Assembly: GCF_900172325.1 (NCBI RefSeq)
Contig: NZ_FWFR01000001.1
Coordinates: forward strand, 1,410,335-1,442,334
Origin: Oceanibacterium hippocampi
GTDB lineage: Bacteria; Pseudomonadota; Alphaproteobacteria; Sneathiellales; Sneathiellaceae
Length of the DNA stretch: 32,000 nt
Reading direction: 5' to 3'
The notes under the pieces are model-generated. The model saw only the letters and a list, made by a program, of their open reading frames with translations. It made no database searches and was not told where the DNA came from. The position numbers and the translations under genes are program-made. Below, piece by piece: positions 18,102 to 25,198 of this stretch. Position 1 is the stretch's first letter, and every line of letters starts with the position of its first letter.

Positions 18102-18950
18102 TCAGAGCGTCGGCTTCTTCTTCTTTCCCGCCCCGGCGGCGACCGCCGCCTTGAGGTCGGCGTCGAACTGCCTGAGGGCGACCAGCAGCGCTTGCTGGTC
18201 GAGCACGGTGACATTCAGTTCCTGGGCGAGCAGGTTGTTGCCCTTGACGGGCAGGATTTCCGCCCGGATCGTCAGGCCGCACCCGCCGTTCCACGAATGC
18301 CCGCCGGTAAACCACGGCTGCGGGCCGTTGACGCAGGTCGCTTTGAGGCGGTCGGGCTCGGTGATGCGGTTGCCGTCGGGGCCGTAGATCCAGCTCAGGA
18401 GTGTCGCGCCGAAGCGATGCTTGGTGCTGTAATAGCCGGATTCGGTCTGGCGGACATGCGGCGCGCCGTATTTCTCGACCAGCGCCTCCTCGAGACCCGA
18501 GATGGACGGATTCTCACCCTCGGCGAAGACGACGCGGCGCCAGATCTGCCCGGCGACCTCCTTCCCGGGCATGCCGAGGAAGGCGACGACAATCTCCTGG
18601 CCGATCGCCTTGCGCGGCGTCAAGCGGCCCTTGAGGGTTTCGCATTCGCTGCCCCAGCCGACCTTGCGGAATTTCTCGCCCGTGTCGCAATCGACCCCGT
18701 CCACGGCGCGGACCAGCTGTCGCGTCGGCACGCCGTTCGACTGGCGAACCCATTGTTCGGCGGTTTCCACGAGCCCGAGATCCTCGCGCGCCTCGAGCGC
18801 GGCGACGATCTCCGCATAGGTCATGCCGGGCGTCAGCCCGGTGATGTCGCCGGCCGGCGCGCTCTGGGCATCCGCCCCCGGCGCGGCCGCGACAACGGCG
18901 AACGCGACCAGAATGCCGCGGGCGATCCGTGAAAAGCCGATCGAATGCAT
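18102..18950 (-). CDS. secreted hypothetical protein (four Cys, Lys-rich C-terminal tail)
   Basis: The ATG at 18950 has a strong AAGGGGGGAAAC SD. Signal peptide MHSIGFSRIARGILVAFAVVAAAPGADA|Q. I recognise no family. Confidence 0.65.
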   Translation of the reverse strand: MHSIGFSRIARGILVAFAVVAAAPGADAQSAPAGDITGLTPGMTYAEIVAALEAREDLGLVETAEQWVRQSNGVPTRQLVRAVDGVDCDTGEKFRKVGWGSECETLKGRLTPRKAIGQEIVVAFLGMPGKEVAGQIWRRVVFAEGENPSISGLEEALVEKYGAPHVRQTESGYYSTKHRFGATLLSWIYGPDGNRITEPDRLKATCVNGPQPWFTGGHSWNGGCGLTIRAEILPVKGNNLLAQELNVTVLDQQALLVALRQFDADLKAAVAAGAGKKKKPTL

Positions 18951-19198
18951 GTTTCCCCCCTTGGATTTCACCTGTCCCGTTCGTTTCGCGATGCCCCCAA
19001 TGGTGTAGTTTAGGAAAATTGCAAGTTCTATCCAGTCAATTTTGCAACCATGTCGTGTTAAATAGGCGGGGCCGCGGCTTGTCCCGGGTCGTCATCCCCC
19101 TGATCCGCATACCACTTTACCTTGTGTGATATCAGGTTAAAGTGATGCGCCGCGGCGCACTGCGCCCGTTCAGGTCATTCCTTCCGGGGCCGAGATCC

Positions 19199-19807
19199 AT
19201 GTTCTACACGACCGACGGCCCGCACGGCCTGCCGCACAACCCGTTCATGGCGGTCATGGTACCGCGCCCGATCGGCTGGATTTCCTCGGTGGACGCCGCC
19301 GGCAACCGCAACCTGGCGCCGTTCTCGGTGTTCAACGGCATGCCCTGCGATCCGCCGGTCGTCTTCTTCGGTCCGTCCGGACAGCACAAGGAAGGCGGCC
19401 CGAAGGACAGCCTCCGGAATATCGAGGAAACCGGGGAGTTCGTCTGCAACATCGCCACCTGGGAGACCCGCGAGGCGATGAACGCAAGCTCGGCGCTGGT
19501 GGCCCGCGATGTCGACGAGTTCGAGCTGTCCGGCCTGACGCCGCTGCCGTCGACGCTGGTGAAGCCGGCCCGGGTCGCGGAAAGCCCGGTGCATTTCGAA
19601 TGCGTCCACCTGCAGACGGTTCACCTGCCATCGAAACTGGCAGGCGTCAGCGCCCTCGTCATCGGCCAGGTCGTCGGCATCCATATCGACGAGGGCATCC
19701 TGACCGACGGCATCGTCGACATGAAGAAGTTCCGCCCGATCGCCCGGCTCGGCTCGAGCGACTATACCGTCGTCGACACTATCTTCTCGATGATCCGGCC
19801 GGGCTGA
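19199..19807 (+). CDS. flavin reductase-like (FMN-binding split-barrel) protein, copy 1
   Basis: MVPRPIGWISSVDAAGNRNLAPFSVFN and ESPVHFEC motifs, typical of the flavin reductase-like domain. I chose the ATG at 19199 by homology with copy 2. Confidence 0.85.
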   Translation: MFYTTDGPHGLPHNPFMAVMVPRPIGWISSVDAAGNRNLAPFSVFNGMPCDPPVVFFGPSGQHKEGGPKDSLRNIEETGEFVCNIATWETREAMNASSALVARDVDEFELSGLTPLPSTLVKPARVAESPVHFECVHLQTVHLPSKLAGVSALVIGQVVGIHIDEGILTDGIVDMKKFRPIARLGSSDYTVVDTIFSMIRPG

Positions 19808-19952
19808 ACGCCGGCCCCGCATCTGACCGGCCGGCGGGCGCGGGTCGTCAAGGCTGTGTTTCCGGAACGGCGTCTTTACCCGCGGCCCGCCGCGTTCACA
19901 GTATGCGGGCGCCGCCGGGCGCCGTTCGCGATCCTTCATCCGGGGCAGAGAC

Positions 19953-20564
19953 ATGTTCTACAAGACCGACGGCCCGCACGGCCTGCCGCACAATCCCTTC
20001 AAGGCCGTCATGGTGCCGCGTCCGATCGGCTGGTTCTCGTCGCTCGACGCCGAGGGGAACTGCAACCTGGCGCCCTATTCCTTCTTCAACGCGATGGCTT
20101 CCGACCCGCCTGTCGTCGTTTTCGGCCACAGCGGCCGGAGCCGGCACGGCACGCCCAAGGACAGCATGCGCAATATCGAGGAGACGAAGGAATTCGTCTG
20201 CAACATCGCCACCTGGGAGACCCGCGAGGCGATGAACGCGAGCGCGGCGATGGTCGAGCGCGACGTCGACGAGTTCGCGCTCGCCGGCCTGACGCCGGTC
20301 CCCTCGACCCTGGTCCGGCCGCCGCGCGTCGCCGAGAGCCCGGTGCATTTCGAATGCGTCTACCTGCAGACCGTGCATCTGCCCTCCGACGATCCGGCGA
20401 ATTTCAACGCCGCCGTGTTCGGCCAGGTCGTCGGCGTGCATATCGACGAGAGCATCCTGACCGACGGCGTTGTCGACATGAAGAAGTTCCGCCCGATCGC
20501 CCGCCTCGGCGCGAGCGACTACGCGGTCGTCGATCATGTCTTCGCGATGCGCCGCCCGGCCTGA
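19953..20564 (+). CDS. flavin reductase-like (FMN-binding split-barrel) protein, copy 2
   Basis: Paralogue of the preceding gene: MFYKTDGPHGLPHNPFKAVMVPRPIGWFSSLDAEGNCNLAPYSFFN. Confidence 0.85.
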   Translation: MFYKTDGPHGLPHNPFKAVMVPRPIGWFSSLDAEGNCNLAPYSFFNAMASDPPVVVFGHSGRSRHGTPKDSMRNIEETKEFVCNIATWETREAMNASAAMVERDVDEFALAGLTPVPSTLVRPPRVAESPVHFECVYLQTVHLPSDDPANFNAAVFGQVVGVHIDESILTDGVVDMKKFRPIARLGASDYAVVDHVFAMRRPA

Positions 20565-20578
20565 TCGCGCGGACCCGG

Positions 20579-21511
20579 TCAGCCGGGCCGGGCGACCTCC
20601 GTGATCCCGAAGATCCAGCCTTCGCCGGCCATGACGCGCGCCGTATCACGCGCGTCGAGCCAATCCGGGCGGGCGAGGGCGGCGACGAGTTCCGCGGCCG
20701 TCATGCCAAGGATCGCATCGCGCTGGGCGGTCACCTGGGCGGCATCGCGGATCTGCAGGTCGAGCGCCCGCCAGGACGAGAGACTCGGCCATATCTCGGT
20801 CAGCACCACGCCGTCGAGGCGCGCCGCCCAATCGGTCTCGAACGGCCAGTAGCGGACGCGCGGGCCGAAATCCGGGTGGCGGGCGAGGCGGTCGAGCGCC
20901 GGCAGGCCCATCAGCACCTGGCCGCCGACCGAGCCGCGGCCGAGCAGCTGCCATGTCGTCATGACGGGGTGGCCGCGGTCGCGCAGCCGGGCCTCGGCGA
21001 TCCGCTTCTCGGCGAAGGGGGAGGCGGCGAAGTCGGGTCGTGTCGGCGCCAGCGCATCCTCGGCGCGGGCCGGCGGCACGCCCCAGAAGGGGCCGGGCGC
21101 CGGCGAAGGACCGATCTCGCGGTTCAGGCGGGCGGCGACGGCGAAGCGGTTGTTGGCGCCTGATCCCGGATCGTCCGCGATGAGTGCGGCGAGCCGCGCG
21201 GCGGCCGCCCGTCCGCCGCCGAGGCCGGAGCCGTCCGGGTAACCGAAGGGAAAATCGAAGCCGGCCAGCACCGGCCCGTCGCAGCCGGCGATCAGTTCCG
21301 CGATGCGCGCCTCACACGCCGCGCGGGTACGGAAATACTCGGCCGCCGGCCGGGCGCCCGCACCCGCTCCCGCGTCGGCCCAGGCGAGCCAGCAGCGGTC
21401 GGGCGACGGCCGGGGCGGGCCGGGGCTCGCCGCCGCCGACCAGTCGACGACGATCACCCGGGCGAAAAGGGTCACCGTCTCAGCCGGCAAAAAGTTTCTG
21501 CAGGGCGTCAT
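20579..21511 (-). CDS. conserved hypothetical protein (possible RNase-H-fold, DUF429/COG2410-like N-terminus)
   Basis: The long ORF has protein-like composition, with motifs VIVVDWSAA and GFDFPFGYP. The start is uncertain: ATG 21511 overlaps the SDR by 32 nt, while GTG 21475 lies 4 nt after the SDR stop. The family guess is low confidence. Confidence 0.55.
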   Translation of the reverse strand: MTPCRNFLPAETVTLFARVIVVDWSAAASPGPPRPSPDRCWLAWADAGAGAGARPAAEYFRTRAACEARIAELIAGCDGPVLAGFDFPFGYPDGSGLGGGRAAAARLAALIADDPGSGANNRFAVAARLNREIGPSPAPGPFWGVPPARAEDALAPTRPDFAASPFAEKRIAEARLRDRGHPVMTTWQLLGRGSVGGQVLMGLPALDRLARHPDFGPRVRYWPFETDWAARLDGVVLTEIWPSLSSWRALDLQIRDAAQVTAQRDAILGMTAAELVAALARPDWLDARDTARVMAGEGWIFGITEVARPG

Positions 21512-22376
21512 GGGCGGTGGCGAAGGGGCGCGCGCCGGTCATGTCGCTGATGGCGGCATAATGCTCGGCGATCGCCTCCGGGCTCGCCGAGGCGACGTCG
21601 GGAAAGCGGTGCCCGGTCGCCTCGATCACCTGAACCTTCGCGTAGAAGCCGGCGCCGCATTCGACGATATCGCCGCTCGCCTCGCAGGCCTCCGAGGCGA
21701 AATAGGAAACCAGAGCCGCCACGTAGGCCGGATCAAGACGCTTCAGGATCGCCTCGGGGAAGATCGTCTCGCCCATCCGGGTCGCCGCGACCGGGGCGAT
21801 CGTGTTGACCTTGATGCCGTATTTCGCGCCCTCGATCTTCAGCGCGTTCATCAGGCCGATCAGGCCCATCTTGGCGGCGGCGTAATTCGCCTGGCCGAAA
21901 TTGCCGTAGAGCCCGGCCGCCGACGTGGTCATGACGATGCGGCCGTATCCCTGTTCCCTCATCAGCGGGAAGGCGGCATGGCTCACGAAGGCCGAGCCGA
22001 GCAGGTGGACACGCAGCACCGCCTCGAAATCGGCCGGGTCCATCTTCTGGAAGCTCTTGTCACGCAGGATGCCGGCATTGTTGACGAGGATGTCGAGCCG
22101 GCCGAAGGTCTCGACCGCTTTCGCCACGATGGCCGCCGCCTCGGTCGCCTCGGCGACGCTTTCGTAGGCCGCGACCGCCTCGCCGCCGGCCGCCCTGATC
22201 TCTTCCACCACGCTGTCGGCGGCCCGGTGGGTCGCGCCGGAACCGTCCAGAGCGCCGCCCGGATCGTTGACGACGACACGGGCGCCGCGTTCGGCCAGCG
22301 CCAGTGCATGGGCCCGGCCGAGGCCCTGGCCGGACCCGGTGACGATGGCGACGCGGCCGTCGAGGCGGATGGTCAT
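21480..22376 (-). CDS. SDR family oxidoreductase (MFE-2 / hydroxyacyl-CoA dehydrogenase-like)
   Basis: TGSGQGLG cofactor motif, NNAG, and catalytic S..YAAAK (TSAAGLYGNFGQANYAAAK). ATG 22376 has a GGGGAG SD 8 nt upstream. The remainder of the 703-aa ORF is antisense to the next gene. Confidence 0.9.
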   Translation of the reverse strand: MTIRLDGRVAIVTGSGQGLGRAHALALAERGARVVVNDPGGALDGSGATHRAADSVVEEIRAAGGEAVAAYESVAEATEAAAIVAKAVETFGRLDILVNNAGILRDKSFQKMDPADFEAVLRVHLLGSAFVSHAAFPLMREQGYGRIVMTTSAAGLYGNFGQANYAAAKMGLIGLMNALKIEGAKYGIKVNTIAPVAATRMGETIFPEAILKRLDPAYVAALVSYFASEACEASGDIVECGAGFYAKVQVIEATGHRFPDVASASPEAIAEHYAAISDMTGARPFATAHDALQKLFAG

Positions 22377-22508
22377 ATGCGCGGCTCCCCTGCTGTCGAA
22401 CGCTTTCCAACCGTTATGCCCGAGCCCCGGCCCGGGGCCAAGAGGGGCGCTTGACCGCAAGGTGGGCGCGGGCGGAAGATCCGACCGGGGCAAGTAGGCG
22501 AGGGAGCC

Positions 22509-23336
22509 GTGGCGGAAGGAGCGCCGGCAGGGCGGTTCAGCGATCCGGGCCGGCACGCGGCGGCGCTTTGCCGGATCGTTCAGGGTCTCGTCCTTCACGA
22601 GCAGCTCGGGCCTCTCCACGGTGTCGCGATCCCGGCGGAGCGCCGGGCCGAGGTCCATATCCGGGCGCTCGACGAGATGCTCGACCGGATGCTGGAACTC
22701 GATCCCGCTTCTCTGGACGTCGCCCGCCCGCCGCTGCGGCGACTGGTCGGCAGTTGCCGAGATTACGCGCTCCTGCTGATCGCGATGCTGCGGGCGCAAG
22801 GCTGCGAGGCCCGCGCACGTTGCGGCTTCGCGGGCTACTTCGAACCCGGGCGCCATGTCGATCACTGGGTGGCCGAATGGCGGCGGCCCGGCGGGCATCG
22901 CTGGACCCGACTCGATGCGGAACTGGACCCGGGCGCGATCGCCGCCTTCGCGATCGATCTCGATCCGCTGGACGTGCCCGTCGACCGTTTCCTCGACGCC
23001 GGTACCGCCTGGACGCTGGCGCGCGCCGGGGCCCTCGATCCGGACGGCTTCGGGATTGCCGGGATGTCCGGATACTGGTTCATGACCGGCAATCTGCTTC
23101 GCGATCTCGCGGCCCTGAACGGGGTCGAGACGCTGCCCTGGGACTGCTGGGGCGCGATGGCGGCCGATTTCGAGACCCTGGACGCCGCACGGTTGGCCCG
23201 GTTCGACCGCCTCGCCGCAATCGTCAGGGGCACGGCGCCGGACCTCGCGGCCTGCCGGGCGGCCTATGCCGAACCGGGGATGCTGGTGCCGGCGACGGTG
23301 CGGAACGCCGTGCGTGGCCGGGACGAGGCGATCTAG
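22509..23336 (+). CDS. transglutaminase-like cysteine-protease-fold protein
   Basis: A Cys-His-Asp arrangement is visible: GSCRDYALLLIAMLRAQGCEARARCGF ... HVDHWVAEW ... WTRLDAE. GTG start after GAGGGAG. Confidence 0.8.
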   Translation: MAEGAPAGRFSDPGRHAAALCRIVQGLVLHEQLGPLHGVAIPAERRAEVHIRALDEMLDRMLELDPASLDVARPPLRRLVGSCRDYALLLIAMLRAQGCEARARCGFAGYFEPGRHVDHWVAEWRRPGGHRWTRLDAELDPGAIAAFAIDLDPLDVPVDRFLDAGTAWTLARAGALDPDGFGIAGMSGYWFMTGNLLRDLAALNGVETLPWDCWGAMAADFETLDAARLARFDRLAAIVRGTAPDLAACRAAYAEPGMLVPATVRNAVRGRDEAI

Positions 23337-23830
23337 CCGATCAGCGCCTCGGCGGCGGCGATATTGTTGACATGGCGGTCGCGCATCTCGCGAAGGCCGG
23401 CATGGATCGCGTCGTCGGCGATCCGGGGCAGCAGTTCGCCGAGCCGCTTCGCGACCCAGTCCTGGCCGCGGTTGAGGAAGGCGAGGCGTTCGTCCGGGGT
23501 CTCGCGGCGGAGCGCCTTCTCGAGGAAACTGCCGGTCGCCTTGCTGGGCTCCGCGCCGAGGCGGCCGACGAAGTCGGTGAGCAGGGCGCAATAGCGCGCC
23601 TCGTCGTCGCGCGCCGCCTCGAGCGTCGCCCGCGCCGTCGCCGGCCAGGTGTCGTCCCTGAGCCAGGCGGCGAGCGTGCGTGCCCCGGCGCGCTCGGCCT
23701 CCAGCAACTCGTTGAGGGCCACGGCCAGCTCGGCCGGCGGCAGATAGCCCATATAGTCGGGCGGAGCCTCGGCCATCGCGCAGGGCGGCGAGGCGCCCTC
23801 GTTCCTGTTGCCGGCTTCCTCGTTGGCCAT
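23333..23830 (-). CDS. ferritin-like helical protein (DUF6306-like)
   Basis: LNELLEAERAGARTLAAWL motif, recalled from DUF6306 proteins. ATG 23830 has a GGAGAGGA SD and lies 16 nt after the thiolase stop. Confidence 0.6.
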   Translation of the reverse strand: MANEEAGNRNEGASPPCAMAEAPPDYMGYLPPAELAVALNELLEAERAGARTLAAWLRDDTWPATARATLEAARDDEARYCALLTDFVGRLGAEPSKATGSFLEKALRRETPDERLAFLNRGQDWVAKRLGELLPRIADDAIHAGLREMRDRHVNNIAAAEALIG

Positions 23831-23846
23831 CGTGTCCTCTCCCGCC

Positions 23847-25115
23847 TCAGTGCGTCCGTTCGAGGATGACGACCGAGCAGGCCGCTTCCTCGACACCCAT
23901 GACCCCGCCGCCGTTCTCCTGGATCGCGAAGGTCGGGTCCTTCACCTGGCGGTCGCCGGCCTCGCCGCGAAGCTGGCGAACCATCTCCTCGATCATCGAG
24001 AGCCCGGTGGCGCCGACCGGGTGGCCCTTCGAGACCAGCCCGCCCGAGGTGTTGATCGGGATCCGCCCGTCGAGCGCCGTCTCGCCGTCCGCGGCCAGCT
24101 TGCCGCCGTCGCCAAAGTCGCAGAAGCCGAGCATCTCCGACTGGTAGACCTCGCAGAACGAGGTCGCGTCATGTACCTCGGCGAGCGACATGTCGGCCGG
24201 GGAGAGCCCGGCGAAGTCGTAAGCCTTCCGGGCCGCGACATGGCTGAGCGAGGGCTCGTCAAGGGCCCGGTACTTGCCGCCGGTGAGCACGCTCGCCCGT
24301 ACCTTCACCGCGCGCGCCTGCGCCTCCTTCGGCAGGTTGGCCAGGAAATCGCCGGAGCAGAGGATGGCGGCGGCCGCCCCGTCGCCGATCGGCGCGCACA
24401 TCGAGCGCGTCAGCGGCGGGCTGACCGGGCGGTCGCCCAGGACCTGCTCGGCGGTCATCTCGAAGCGGTATTGCGCCTTCGGGTTATTCGCGCCGTTGTT
24501 ATGGCTCTTGGCCGCGGCGGCGGCGATCTGCGCCTGGGTCGTGCCGTAGGTCTGCATGTGCCAGGCGGCCTGCATGGCGTAGGTGTCCATGAAGATCGTG
24601 CGGTCGCCGCCGGGCGCGAAGGGGCGACCGATGGCCTCGCCGACCTCGCGGTAATGGTCCTGCCATTCCTCCGGGTCGAGATTGTCGATGCCGGCCTGGA
24701 AACCGGCCTGGATCCTCTCCCAGTCGCCGGCGAAGAAGGTCTTCTCGACGCCGATGGCGAGCGAGCACTGGACCATCCCGGACATGATATCCTTGACCGC
24801 GCCGTGGAAGGCCATGGAGGCGGTGGCGCAGGCGCCCTCGACATTGACGATCGGCACGCGCTCGGGGAACAGGCCCTCGCGGACCAGCGGCGTGAAGCAG
24901 ACCTGGCCGCGGATGCAGGCCTGGTCGGCATTCCACATGCCGCAATTGCCGAACCAGCCGAACTCGATGGCGCTGCCGTCCTCGAGCCCGGAATCCTCGA
25001 GCACGCCCAGGTAGGCCTCCCGCGTCAGGTCCTTGAAGCTGCGGCCCGGGTACTTGCCGAACGCGCTGGTGTAGGCGCCGATGACATAGACATCTCGCAG
25101 CGTGGCATCGGGCAT
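23847..25115 (-). CDS. thiolase-like protein, SCP-x / lipid-transfer-protein (Ltp) type
   Basis: Nucleophile region NVEGACATASMAF and a C-terminal NTSGGLVSKGHPVGATG. The last loop is ENGGGVMG, without the second catalytic Cys of true thiolases. ATG 25115 sits 9 nt from a GAGGAG; an alternative ATG is at 25124. Confidence 0.88.
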   Translation of the reverse strand: MPDATLRDVYVIGAYTSAFGKYPGRSFKDLTREAYLGVLEDSGLEDGSAIEFGWFGNCGMWNADQACIRGQVCFTPLVREGLFPERVPIVNVEGACATASMAFHGAVKDIMSGMVQCSLAIGVEKTFFAGDWERIQAGFQAGIDNLDPEEWQDHYREVGEAIGRPFAPGGDRTIFMDTYAMQAAWHMQTYGTTQAQIAAAAAKSHNNGANNPKAQYRFEMTAEQVLGDRPVSPPLTRSMCAPIGDGAAAAILCSGDFLANLPKEAQARAVKVRASVLTGGKYRALDEPSLSHVAARKAYDFAGLSPADMSLAEVHDATSFCEVYQSEMLGFCDFGDGGKLAADGETALDGRIPINTSGGLVSKGHPVGATGLSMIEEMVRQLRGEAGDRQVKDPTFAIQENGGGVMGVEEAACSVVILERTH

Positions 25116-25198
25116 CGGGGGCATCTCCTCAATCAGTCGGTCGTTTGTTCATTTGCGCCCGAGTCTCGACCTCCGGCGCGCCGAGATCAAGAGGCGGA

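Larger units (their letters stand above)
19141..20564 (+). repeat. tandem duplication (period about 754 bp) covering a flavin-reductase-like gene plus roughly 55 nt of its leader
   Basis: The two encoded proteins are collinear and identical at roughly three quarters of positions by eye. The leaders also align (CGTTC..TCC..CCGGGGC.GAGA..CATGTTCTACA). Confidence 0.8.

Noticed and set aside
22377-23591. N-terminal 400-aa extension of the SDR ORF (703-aa ORF 21480-23591). Similar 5-prime extensions occur at 1236-1535, 4831-5943, 8936-9106 and 9819-9920.
   Set aside because: The extensions are low-complexity and overlap well-supported genes on the other strand. Internal starts with SD sequences give proteins of normal family length.
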